DNA of 40,407 nt from Elsinoe ampelina. Lineage: Eukaryota. Every line of letters starts with the position of its first letter. Position 1 is the first letter of the stretch. Below, in pieces: positions 20,137 to 32,615 of the stretch. The notes under the pieces are model-generated. The model saw nothing but the letters and a program-made list of their open reading frames with translations. It did not search any database and had not been told where the DNA came from. The stretch lies in contig ML992509.1 in NCBI GenBank assembly GCA_010093995.1, forward strand, positions 1 to 40,407, in the 5' to 3' direction. The position numbers were made by a program, and so were the translations under genes.

Positions 20137-23100
20137 TGACTGGATGGGTCTGGGATGGTGAGATGGGGAAGGTGTCGGAGATGTTGTGGTTGGTGCATTG
20201 ACAGATCGATGGCTGTATGATTGAGTTATGGCATGTCGTGGATGAGAAGAGGCATGGAGATATATCTGGTAGGTTTCGCCATGTAGGCAACATCTTGCTC
20301 GTGAAACAGTTGTAAATGGAGGTGTGCTTGTCAGATTGTGCTATATAGATGATAATGAGACATCCAGGGCCAGCATGGAAAGTATGACGAGCATGACATT
20401 ACCTTCATTGAACGCTTACCTTCTCTTTGTGTCCGGTGTCACAACAATCGTACTCGCGCCGCTCGGAACAAGCGAGAGTCATCTTCTTTGCCCTCGTCGT
20501 GTCAACAGATGCTTTATATGTCGTCGCCATTGGGCTTTGTTTCTGAGAGTATGACTCCAGACTGTTTGCAATCGATGCATGTCTACACACATGCGAGGTG
20601 TCTTGGTCGTCAGCACCACGACGGTGGACTGCACTGGACTTGCATAACAGCCTGGATCATAGCTAACAGTCCTTCCAGATCTTCTCCCTACATTTAGTGT
20701 CGATGCACTATTGTGTTCAAGGCTGGAAGACTGATAGGTGCTGCTCTCTGTGGACGCGTCAGTGGTCTTCTTTTCTGGTAGGTGACAGGTCTCTTACCCC
20801 TTTCGTCGACGTGAAGGTGGCATGGGTGGCAAGTGGTGTCACGTCATGTAACGATGATACACCAAAGCAACACCCGAGCTCATCGTCGATATCATCGCCG
20901 CCACTGACCCTCACCAGCATCCTCATCTCGTTGACAGATGGTCGAAGCAACTTCGTCCCCTCGAGTCCCTCCCAGCCCTACAGCCCTACAGACACCATCT
21001 CCTTGGCAAGTCATCTCTCTTTCCGAGGTGTCGCTGTCCCTGCCCAGCCTGTCCCAAAAGGGAAGCCCTTGCGAGACAAAGATCTTCCCAACCCAAGACT
21101 TTTGACTACTCTGTCATGTCGTGCATGCACCTCTCTCGTGACGAGAAGAATTTCAAGCTTCTGCCGTGTATCAGGTATTCATGGCACGGAGCCGGCTGTC
21201 CATGTTGGCTTCACGTGTCGGGCTGACATTCGGTTCATGTATAAGCGACGTGAGAACATGGGGCCTGAAGGTGAGTTGGCTGTCGCTGGGTTTCAGGAGG
21301 ACGTCATGCAGGGTGATGGGCTGAGGCTTGTCTGGGAGCTCGGTCGTGGTGCGTGTGATGTGTTGTGGCAAGAAGGGCCGACGTGTGGAAAGGTCATGGT
21401 GTTGGGGAGGCTGGCAGGGAGGGCTGGCACTATAGGAGCGTGTCTCTTGTGGTCCGATTAGGACAATGCAATTTGACGATCGTCATTGAGAAGGACATTG
21501 TCCTCGACCATGTGTGTCGTGTGATGGACCAAGTACGCGTGGTGGTTGACAGATCGATCGTGGATGCTTGTCATTGAGGATGGAATGTCGTTACTGACTT
21601 TTCGTCTCTGGCCGTATAGCGTGTTATCAAGAGTCGCTTGTAGAGTTCATGTTTTGGAATATAGGAGCCCCACTGTGGTCCCACCGTTTATTCCAGTGGT
21701 AGCCTGTATATACTGGTGTTGAGTAGCGCTTGAATGTCGAATCAATTAGCCAGCTGAAGCAAGCCACCATCAACCGATCTTAGCGAGCATTGATACGTTG
21801 CATTTCACATTGCCTATCGTCTGACTCCTTAATGCAAATAGTCCATGTATTCTTGCTTCACTGCAATCCCAAGTGGGATGAGGCATTCCCACTACCGTGG
21901 ACGAGCTCAAAGCTGAACAGGAGATGTAACGTTAAACAAAGCTTGTAGTACTGACCAGCAGACCGACATTCTGCTTGACTCAATATCCGAATAGTCTGGT
22001 GGACGGACAAAGCAATAGGCTGAAGTAGCGGCTTTTAGCAAACCAGTGTGCTGGGTCAATTAGGCACTCAAGCAGGTCGTCATGGCTATAAGGCAATCTT
22101 GTAGCAACAGGATTCGCCTATACAGTAGGCATGCATAGTTAGCCTCGACGACCAAAGTGGGACCAGCACGGGGAGGAGAGTTGGGGAGGCTCCGGGGGTC
22201 CGCTGTCAAGATTTTTGCCACTCCCGGGCAGTGCAACTGTTGGACCACGTGCAGTTCGAGCAATTTCAAGGAAGCCCAACCTCGGAAGGTGTTGCCATGA
22301 AACGTCAAACGCAAGATTCCAAAAGCGACTTAGGCGTGCCGGGCGATATTGGGTCTTCTAGGCGAGCACGGGCCAACCAACATGGTCTTGAGTGGCTTGA
22401 TGCAGGTACTGCTGGCCAGTGTCCTATTCTCAGAATGGCGGTTGCAATTATACACGAGAGATGTGTCCAGTGGCGTCCGGTCGGCTATGGTCGTGCCGTT
22501 CAGTCTTGTACAAGACGTGAATGAACTCAAATATAGGATCTGCATCCACGAGGTGTGTGATCTTCAGTGATCCGCGTGGTCACACGTGGGTTGACAATGC
22601 AGATCTTGCATGAGGTTTGTGTTGCAGATCATAGACGAGCGAGGCCAAGAAAGTATAGTATGTTGCAAGAGTTGGGAGAGGCTGCAGAAGATGCAGATAC
22701 TCCGAGATGCGAGTGGCTCGTTCCCTGCGTGGTCTGTCCAAGGTTACAGCCGGTATCAGGTGGCCTTGAAGATGTCAAGCGTGGCTTCAACAAACCTAGA
22801 GAAAAAGATCCTCGTTACAGTGGTATTGATACGCGCTGGTTTCGATGATTTGAATTCGTAGTCTACTGTACAAGCCTTGCTCCCAAGGTCGGTTGCGATG
22901 ACCCTCTATGAGAACAAGGAAACGTGAAGTTGTGTCCGTCCCTGCATGATCCATCTCCTAGCATCCCATTGTCACCACCAGCCCATGCGCCTTGAAGTCT
23001 CTCGTCCAGGACTTTGGAATGCTCCATCAAATTGGACTCCTCTCAACCCATGAAATGCCGTGATCTGTAACGGGACCATGTCTAAGCAGAATAATACAAG

Positions 23101-23230
23101 GCTAAAGCGAGTGTATAGCCGGGGTATCATATCCAATGACCCGATAAGCTTCTCCAGTGGTCTGAATGCAATAAAAACAAAATTCTAGCGAGTGAAGTGT
23201 TTGCAAGAAGCGAAATTGTAGGCGTTTCCA

Positions 23231-24469
23231 TCATTGCATGGGCATAAAGGTAAATTGATGGCTGGCATCCGGGTGGTGTGGGTGTTGGAATGGATGAGGT
23301 GGCATTCCTCCAGGAGGCATGCCTTCTGGCATTTGTGGTTGAGGGTAGATTTTGGCCCACTTTCGAGCACAGTGTTTTGAAGGCCATCGTTCTTGGATCC
23401 CAAAGTCTAGCATCTATTGAGAAGTCAGTCCTCTGATTAAGTGACAGGCGATGTGAAGTTTACCTTTGAGCTTATGATATCCCACTTGTACTTCTCCCAG
23501 TATTCGTGTGCCAGCTTGAGAGCCTCAACATCCTCGCCTTGCCAAACTCTGAACTTCTCACGTAGTCGCTTGTACCTCATCTGCAGAGCCGCCACCTGAA
23601 ACGTCTTGCCATGGTGAGATCCGAAGCGAGCAGCAATGTCTTTCCAGGGTAAGCCTTCCTCCTCTTTCAAGGTCACCAACAGTCTGTCGTCCTCACTCAA
23701 ATCTGCACCTGCGATTGAGCACGTGCGCTTCCGTCGTTTGCCATTGGCGTCTACAGCGTCGTCATCATCGTCTCTCGAACGCTTCGTCGCCAACCCTGCG
23801 GGATGTGGAGCCAGTGTCGGATATTGCCTTCTGGGCTGTGGTTGCTTGATCTCAGGAGGACTTGGGCTAGCAAAGATCTCGTTACCGAGAACGCTGGGGA
23901 CAGGCGGGTAGACTGAAGGGTTGAAGTTTGAGGATAATACCTGAGCATGCTCAGACATCGGATAGTGCAGTCCGAGTCCTTGCCGAGGGTCTGGCCAGTT
24001 TATCGAATCGGCCGAAGGCCCGAATGTACTGGGGCTGCTTCGAGGTCTGTTGTCGAGAGAAGAGATGGGCCGGTTCTGAAAGTGAGATGGAACCATGCTC
24101 AACGGGGGAGGGAGCGTAGTGTAGCCATGCGAGGACTCATGGGGTAGAGGTCTGCTGTATGTCGACCAGGGGGATCCATGAGTGGAGACTGCATGTGGGA
24201 TGGGGGTAGTGCCCGCAGAGGTAGTTGGCGCAGTGAAGCTGGCTTGGTCATCCGCGGAAGTTACGAAAGGCCCAAGGTATGGGTCGTTATACGAGAGCTA
24301 CAAGCATTGAATTAGTATGCCGTTCCAACAAAGGGCATGCAATCCCACATACAGGTTGACTTGGATATGACCATCCAGCAGCAAGAGAGTCTGGTCCGGG
24401 TAGCTCGCCCGTAGATACAGGGAGACCACCAGGACCATCGAGAGTAGGATAGGACATGACGGCTGTCAT
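23231..24469 (-). CDS. Myb/SANT-like (helix-turn-helix) nuclear protein, probable transcription factor, 3 exons
   Basis: Pro/Ser-rich N-terminus and basic NLS KRRKR. Myb-like repeats LSEDDRLLVTLKEEEGLPWKDIAARF...LQMRYKRLR and WQGEDVEALKLAHEYWEKYKWDIISSKMLDFG..WPSKHCARKW. Introns 24298-24352 and 23414-23463 keep the frame. Confidence 0.85.
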
Positions 24470-27400
24470 GCTTTCTGTTAGATTGTGTATGATGTCGAAG
24501 AGATGGAGTGGACGTCTGTGGTCGTATGAAGTGACGTTGAAGCTTACTGTACCGCACTCGAAGGAATGAGAGATGCAGCACAGGAGTTAAAGAAGACCGT
24601 AAAAGGAAAGAGGTGGCATTCCCAGGTTATTGGTTGGATGAAGGGGTGTAGAGGGCGAGGCTCGACAGGACAGGTTAAGCATGTAACGTGGTAGAGGGGC
24701 ACGAGAAGGCTTTGTAGGTGGCTCGGGGGATGAACGGGGTGGCTTTGACCAATAGATGTAGACAGGTGCAACAGAGAAACAAGGCTTGGCCAGTGGTCGC
24801 AGAGTCGCAAGAGGGGCGGGGGCCTATTTGGGGAGATGGGAAGAGAATGGGAAGCTATGGTGTCTACAATTACTTAGCTCTGGACAGATTTAGGCACTTT
24901 TGATGATCGGTCAAGGAGTGCTAACCGCGTTTGAAAGGGTGGGAGCTGGAGCGTGGCCAGGGTGGAGACTCGAGAATGACAGTAGTAGAGAGCCTAGCAG
25001 ACAGTGTAGGAGCATGTCAGGTCGGCATGGAGCCAGAGCCAAAGCCACGAGCCATAAGCCATGAGTAGTGGAACCTGTGGAAGGATCGAGTCGTGCATGG
25101 TGGTGCAGCCGCTAGGACGCCGCACCGTGCTTGCGAGCATTTTTGGATCTTGCGGATGGCGGGACAGCGGGCGCAAGGTACCGTTACCACGATCACCTGT
25201 CGTGTGTCGTTGGGTAGGAGGAGGGGAGTCTCCCCGAAAGGCGATGAGCAACAAGACGGTGCGCGACCTGACCGCCGAAGAGGCACGGACGACGCCATGG
25301 AGTGTCTGTGCCGATGCGCTTGCAGCAGAGTTTGCCACTAAAATTCAGCCGCTCCCGGATGAGAGGCCTTACCGGGTCCCGCGCTCGTCGAGGGCGAGGA
25401 GGCAATACTGGCATAGGTAATGTCACGTCAGCGTGCAGTTCCGTCTGGTCGCTCGCCGTCCATCGCGTCCTCCGTGGTGGTGGCTCTTTCGTCCCCGACA
25501 TTCAAGACGGAAGCGGCGTGATCTCGGCCAGATATGAAACCAGGGCCAGAGAAGGATTATGGACATTCGAGTCTGGAAATACTGCTGCGTACTGACCGGT
25601 TGAAAGACTGCTGCGTCTCCAATAGCGTGCTTCCCTGACCGGCCATGAGCTGAATACCGTGCGTGGTAAGACGCTGATGAGAGGGGCATGGATGTGGCGT
25701 ATCCACCGGTCATTCACCCAAAGATCTCTGATCAGTATTTTGGTTACGTTCTTCCAGGAAATAGTCGAGGCTGCGGTTCATCAACCAGCGAACCTTACCC
25801 TGTAATCTGACGGCGCCGCGTCTATGGGGAATCCTTTATCAATCCTCGGACACGTCTTTGACTCGCCGATCGAGTCGAAGACCCTCCTGTCTAGAAGTGC
25901 TATCCTATTCGGTGCTAACACACATGGAAATGCGGGACATGACGACTTGTCTGTCACCAGATCCTAGCTACTTGAAACATCAGGCTCAACCACGGTGAAA
26001 TCCTGTCACGATGATGGTACAATAGACTCATGGACAGCTATTTTGGACTCTCAGGGAACTCATAACCCTATTGTACATTACGCCAAGGTAGCTGCCACGG
26101 CTGGGCGTGCACATCACTTTGCTCGCAAGCATTCGCCGTATGGATGAATACTGCTGCAATTGAATCAGAAAGATCATATAGTTTCCGACGTCGATCGGTC
26201 TAGGTCTTTTCATCTGGCAAATACGGCCAGGCAGTGTTCCAGACGAGATATATTTGGCCAAGCTATTCTCGATGTCGAATACTACTTCGCCAGTCCAGCT
26301 AGAGGAGGATGGATCCAAGATGGAAGCTAAATATAGGAAGCAAAGACTCCGCTGGTACGGGCCTGAGCGTTGCGGCTACTGTACGAACTGTAAGTTAGCA
26401 CTAGAACAGAGCTGCTCGACCGCTTTTTGGCTCCCCACGACCAATCACGTCTTGACTCAGGGTCGGAATTCGGGACAGAGCACGAGATTGGGTGGGAAAT
26501 TAACTCTCTTTCTGTCCCTCTTCTGTCCATCATGGTTGCATGCTTTCTCGTCAGGATGAGCAAGTCCAGCCTCGATCATGCTGCCCTTTGTCGATTGTTG
26601 TGCTCCTTGGGCGTCTTCCACCATGCATCTGGAAGTCCGGTACCTCCATCTTGGCTCATGCTTGCTTCCTGGTCGAGTGCTGCTATTGCTCCGTCGTCTA
26701 CAGATGTTTGACAATTGTCTGCGACGAATCCTTTGCCGTCAATGATTGCAGGCATATCCCAGGATCGGTTTTCAGTCCACCTCGAAACACGATGGCGCTC
26801 TCGTGCCAAACCTCGCAATTCATTTCTCGCAATAGCAGATTGATGCGAGCTGGGCAATGCTCGCTTAGCATGTGCTTTCTCGATACAGCATGACTTGGGA
26901 CGATCTGGAATTGGGGGACCTAACGAGCTCCAAATTTGACCATATAGACCCTGAACAAAACTTTGTGCAGACCATGTGGTTTAGCACCTCCACCGACAAG
27001 ACAACCTTGGTGCACCCATGGTCGAATAGACTTTGGTCAAAGTACCCAGTCTCGCGACTTCTCGCATAGGAACTCAAAGAGAAGATCATCTACCACAAGC
27101 TCGCCAGGAAAAGGCTGCTTAGGAGATCTTCATGCTCATGTGGAGGGTACCCACCAAGGAAACACATTTCCTGACTTATGCAACCTCGCCTACCCTTGCT
27201 AATTCACAGCGATCCTACCTTTCTCCGTCTGGAAGAGCGTGCCGGGCATTGCCGGGCACGTTGCAGCACGTGTGGAAGAGCCTGTCCCCACCCCGAGTGT
27301 CAATCAATGTCCCGACAACCAGCCTTTATGGCTCTCGGCCCAATCATCATTTCTTATCACTGTCAAATACTACCATGGCCTGATCAGCTATAGTGCTGGT

Positions 27401-27552
27401 CGCATCGGAAAAACCTCGTCTGTCTCTCGTCCTGATGTCGGTACTCCTCCGACGGGAACCAATACTATTGCTTTTGAGACACATAGACTCTGGTCCCTCC
27501 ACTTTTCCATCTCATAATCATTCGCCAAGTCTGCAGTCCGGCACACACACTC

Positions 27553-28745
27553 TCAATCTCGACTAGTGGTAGGGTCCCAGGCGCATGGCGCATACTCTCC
27601 AGTATCCAGGGACTTCATGTCCTCCTCGGACAATTCAAAGTCGTACAAGTCCCGGTTTTCTTCGATCCTACTATGCGTAACAGACTTGGGCAATATCACA
27701 AAGTTCTGTCAATGTGTCAGCGGGCAAACTCTATGTCCTAATGGTTACCAACGGCATGGCTGCCATTTGGATGCCTTAGTGGCCTCAGGTTGATCTACCT
27801 TTTGCAGTCCCCAGCGAAGCAGAATTTGTGCACCGGTCTTGCCGTGCTTCTTCGCGAGTGTCTGGAGTGCTGGCTCCTCCATTCGTTGCGCACGAACAAG
27901 TGGCGAATATGCCTGTCGACAATTAGCCTGGACACTTCTGAAACATTGCAACCGCAATTCTTGCCTCCAAGATCACACCTCGCTTCTCGCACCATTGAAC
28001 AATGTCCAGACGAGCCAGCCAAGGATGTAACTCGACCTGATTCACGCTCAACACACCTCCTTTCCCCTTACCCTCTTTAGCTTCAGTGGCTTTGATGTAC
28101 TCCTCCAACTCTTCCAAATGATGAACGCCATAATTCGACACTCCGATGCTTCGAACTTTACCCGCTTCTACCGCCTCTACTAACGCCTTCCAAGCTCCCA
28201 GTCGATTGGACTTGCCGCCATATGGTGAATGCAGTAAATACAAATCTGCGAAACCTTGTTAGCAAACCTTTCTCCGTTTTGGTAGGAGCATGGCAGTGAT
28301 ACCGATATAGTCAAGACCAGTCTTGGATAACGATTCGTCTACGACGCTCTTTGCGTCTTCATAATTGACACTCTTGGGGGGCACCTTTGAAGTGAAGAAT
28401 AACTGCTCTCTCGGCACACCACCTCCCAACATTCCTTTACTGCTCTGTTCTTCATTCCTATACGCTGCTGCCGAATCGACCTAGATCTCGTGTTAACTCC
28501 CGGTGAGATCCTGCGACATCCTTCCGTACTGACATGACGATACCCGTTACGGACCGCATGAGCCGTCACATCTTCCGCCACGCCCATGGGCCTATAACAT
28601 CGACGAATCAGCCGATTTCCAGGCACCGTCTGACCATCCGAGATCCATGAGGATCTTCATCTTACGTTTGGTACACGCCAAGTGCTAGCATGGGAATACT
28701 GTAGCCCGAGGGCATCTTGATGGTTGACTCTATCGTCAGAGGCAT
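27553..28745 (-). CDS. Aldo-keto reductase (2,5-DKG reductase/Gcy1-like), 6 exons
   Basis: IPMLALGVYQ, GYRHVDSAAAYRNE, LFFTSKV, LDYIDLYLLHSP, GKVRSIGVSNY, VNQVELHPW, EAYSPL, AQILLRWGLQK, VILPKSVTHSRIEEN. Five introns, one GC-AG (27913-27964). Confidence 0.93.
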
Positions 28746-31183
28746 CGTCGCTTGAGTTGACCCTGCTCTACAGAAAGGGGAGAAGCTGATCCTGGTCGCG
28801 GTGGTTCCGAGACACTTGGTGACTGCTGATCGAGCACCGGATAATCCGATTTGGCACTGAAGCATCACCTGTCTTGGGTGGATGGCCTGAAGCAGAGCTG
28901 ACGAGTCGTGCGAGAATCGGTCCTTTCTGATAATGATTGGTTGCAAATTATTGCCTCAAGTTGAAAGTCAACTTACTGCAGCAGACCTGCTTGGATGATC
29001 AGGCAGACAGATCGGCACCAATGGAGCCTATGATACTTTGTGATGGGTGAACTGTCATATCAGCATAAGCACGTCTTGAAGCTGAAGAGGTCGGGTGATG
29101 TCACCTCACGTCGCAAGCGTGGGACTTCTGCACCCCGCTCCTCTAATTTCGGCCGAATCGGCCCCCACGCAGCCGCGGTCTGTCCATCATTGGGAAAAAT
29201 CCTCTCGCATCAGGCACCACATTGGTGAACCGTACATCATGGTCAATCGTTGCCCCTTCGCGACCCGTTATGGCCGATTTTCCGATCAAGCTTGACTCTG
29301 AAGCAGTCACATTCGAGCAATATACCTGTGACCTACCATCAAGCGGCGACGATTGATGCAAACCATGTGTCAAGCAGCCACCATCTTCGGTGTAGCACAC
29401 TGCTGCAAACGCCAGACACCAAACCTGCATGAACCGCAATAAATCGGCATGGGACGGCGACGGCGCCAGTCCAGCAATCTATTTTACCGAACACACAGAT
29501 CGGATACGTTTCCCTGTCCAATGGTCCACGATCCGACGAGGAGATCCCACTTTATCGTGTCCCGCCGGAGAGGGTTTGACACCAGGAATACATTTGTAAT
29601 TTCACTACTTCCCCCGATGGGATGGTGCCGCACCCAGGCGACGCCGCGAAATGGGACGAGATATCGCCCATGGTCAAACAGGAAAAGCCACTTTCTTCTC
29701 CCCAGGTTCTATGAACTATGGCTGTCCCGAGCACCCATCTGCACAGACTCTGCTGCAGAGAGCCTATCAGGCATTTACTGTACTTCTTGGCTTAATATAT
29801 CTGGCTCTAACCTTGTTTCTGTCGTCGGGCCTCCCAATGCAAAGCCTCACCGACATTACGCTGATGATTTGTATACATGATCTTCTGAACCTTCCATGTG
29901 TACTGTGACAGTTTTGGTACATTCAATGACTAGGCCTGCAGTGCTACGCGTCGTAATTTGTCCCAAGCGACACATATCGGTCGTCGGAGTATCCGAGAGC
30001 CTTTGGAATTGTATCCATACCGTTCTTCTGGTAGCGAAGGGTTTCGCGGGTTGCCTATTTTCTTTGCGGCATCAAGACTTGAAGGCCACCGCCATTGCAC
30101 CTCCTCTAGACATTCGTCGCGCCCGCGAGAAACTTACTCTCGTTCGCACTCGCAGCGGTCAAGTTGACGCGCGGACAAACGCCATCCTCCACTTTCCGTC
30201 TGCAGAGCCGCAACATGAAGCTGTCAAGCAGATTGCTTGAACCAAGAATTCGAACATTTGCACTCGTCTCAATCAAAGCTCCACTCTGAACTCACCGCAA
30301 CCTTGCAATCCCACCACATGATAACAGACAACCACTCTCATCTCGTCTACAGCCTGTAATGCATCAGTCATCGTCTCCATACAATCTTCGATACCATCAC
30401 CACCACGAGCAAAACGACCCAGTATTCCTCGCTTGTGGCGTCCCTCCGCTCCGACCCGTCAGTGACCGTCACACGGCATATCAAATTATTACTCTACAGC
30501 AGCGCAGTAGCGGCATCAGCAACGCGCGTCATGCTTCCTTCCCGCTCTTCCTCCGGCAGCTGATTCGAGATCACCTCACTCGTTCGACAAAGTGTACCTG
30601 AACGCCGCCATCTCGCTTGCATATTCCTCTGCTGACGGCTGATCCGCCGGAAGGAGCGCAGCGTCAGGCACTCTCGAAGGATTCGAGGAAGGGAGGGAGG
30701 GAGGAACGGGCCAATCCAGCGGGAATATCCAAAGGAAGACCGATCGAAAAGACGTACTGCTTGCTGTGCTCGCTGACGAGCTGAGCCCATGCTTTCGCGC
30801 CTTGGGACCTGCTTTTGTCCTCGCTGGTCAGATGGGCCCTTGAACGTGAGACATGCATGCATCGAATACGGATGTATGCGTGAAGAAAGCACCGAAGCGC
30901 CGTGGCTGACGATGCATTTGGATATGCTTCTGCACTTCGTCTGCACCGCCGTTGAGGCTGAAGTCGAACCGGGATGATCCCACAGTCACGTCTAACGTGC
31001 TCAAGGGGGTTGAGAAGCACACCCCCTTGGGAAGCAGCTCGCTTAATTAGCAATATATGGAAAAGATGCCGCTCCCTCCCGCGTTTTTTGGCCAATCATA
31101 GAGTGCCTATCTCGGCTTGCGAATTGGACTATTACTCTAGCTTAAGCTATAATATCTTTACTACCTTATAACCCCCCCCCCCT

Positions 31184-32411
31184 ATAGCCTCTAACAACAA
31201 AGAAGCACTTATCTAAGAGGCGCTAGAGGTTCTCTAAGATCTATAAAACACTACTAGTATTTAAGAAATTGCCTACTACTTCTAGATTAGTAATAGTACT
31301 CTATTAAAAAGAAGCTAAGGAATTAGTAGTCTAAGGCCTTAAGTATATAGCTACCTTTAGTAACTATTACCTCTATCTAAGGCCTTACTCTATAAGTATA
31401 TTAAGTTCCTTATTAATAGTAGTTTTCTATCTAAATCTAAGTAATTAGTCTACCTAGCTAAGTAACTACTCTAATATTAATATGTAGCTCTTAACTCTCT
31501 CTCTTATTCTTAGCTAACTATACTTAGTATAAACTAGTTCTTCTTCTTCCTCTACTATTACTCTAAACTAGTACGCTACTAAGTATAATCTTTAGAGAAC
31601 ACTTGTGCCTATTAGACTTAAAACCCTTAGGCAATCTAGGCATAGTTTAACTATCTAGCTAGTATTATTACTAACTATAGTATTAAGCTTAAAAATATCT
31701 ATAATATAGACGAAACTAGCTTTATAATAGGAAGAGGTACTAAGCAATTTTAGATAGTAAGAAGAGATAGTAAGAGCATAAACAATATAAGGAGTAAGCC
31801 TAGCTAAAGAACATAGGTAATAGCTATTAAGGCTATAAGTGCTACTAGCTAAATAATACTTCCTTATATAATTATAAAGGGGGTAACCTTTATAGACTTA
31901 TAGTATAGACTTATTAAGAGGTTACTAGAGAGCAATTTAGTACGTTATAGATTAATTAGAGTCTTCTCTAATAGCTAGTCTTTAAACCTTTACACCGCTA
32001 AGTAGATTAAGCACTTTATTAAGTATATAGTACTAACTAATCTAGAGGACTATCGACTACTATTACTCGATAGCTACTATAGTTATAAGAGCGTTAAGTT
32101 CCTTATAGTATCTTAGTATTACTAAGTAATTATCCTCTAGCTTTTGCCTTATATAATACACCTTCTTTAGCCTCTAGATATTACTATTTTTAGCCTCCTT
32201 AAAGACGCTTATAAAGGCGAATTAGACTAGCTATCTTACGCTGGCGTAACTAAGGTTACTAACCTTTACTTTCTTAACTACTTTAGTTAAGTTTATAACT
32301 CTGTTTTTACACCTTATATATAGTATAAAGCCTTCTAAATAGCTAGTATCTACTCTTTTAATCTAGAGGCTATACTATCTAAGATTAATCGCTAACTTAC
32401 GCCGCTAATAA
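31184..32411 (+). mobile_element. pogo/Fot1-type (Tc1/mariner superfamily) DDE transposase relic, 5' part
   Basis: From ATA (ex-ATG) at 31184: HTH-like ASNNKEALI*EAL...SI*EIAYYF*ISNSTL. NIYNIDETSFIIG (~31694; NIYNMDETGF). YRLLLLDSYYSY (~32051; LLLDGHxSH). HLL*PLDITIFSLLK (~32158; HLLQPLDV..FGPLK). ASIYSFNLEA (AGIYPFNP). Confidence 0.88.
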
Positions 32412-32615
32412 TAATTACAACTAGTAAGATAAGGGAGTTAATTACGTCTATTCGTTAAGATATTAAGACTTAGAAGAAGAAGAAGAAAAGCTAGTATATA
32501 AAGCACACGTAATATCGAGGGTAGAGTAGCTAGAAGCTTAAGCTATAATACCGAGATTATATAACTAATCTAAACTACATTCTAACTAAATCTAGTTCGT
32601 ATCTATCTTATATTA
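32412..32615 (-). repeat. 3' LTR of the gypsy element
   Basis: Aligns without gaps to 38400-38603. TAAT...ATTA termini (RIP-altered TG...CA). Adjacent minus-strand polypurine tract AAGAGAGAAGGTAG. Confidence 0.93.

Noticed and set aside
20697..21461. 254-aa ORF with a GTG start
   Set aside because: No plausible ATG or splice model and no recognisable domain. It overlaps a compositional skew zone that suppresses stops. An orphan gene cannot be fully excluded.
22231..22900. Cluster of short protein-like ORFs on both strands
   Set aside because: I could not assemble a consistent exon chain or recognise a family; it may be decayed coding sequence.
14008..28745. Secondary-metabolite cluster with DHAD as a self-resistance gene (AstD-like)
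   Set aside because: No terpene cyclase, PKS, NRPS or P450 in the window; the neighbours are housekeeping-type genes.
540..31000. Whole gene island as cargo of a giant element (Starship-like)
   Set aside because: No tyrosine-recombinase captain gene is visible, the flanks are unrelated TE classes, and the genes include core functions (PEX2, RSC4-like).
29400..31100. Several 100-150 aa ORFs next to the repeat block
   Set aside because: No recognisable domains, and frames are interrupted by stops.
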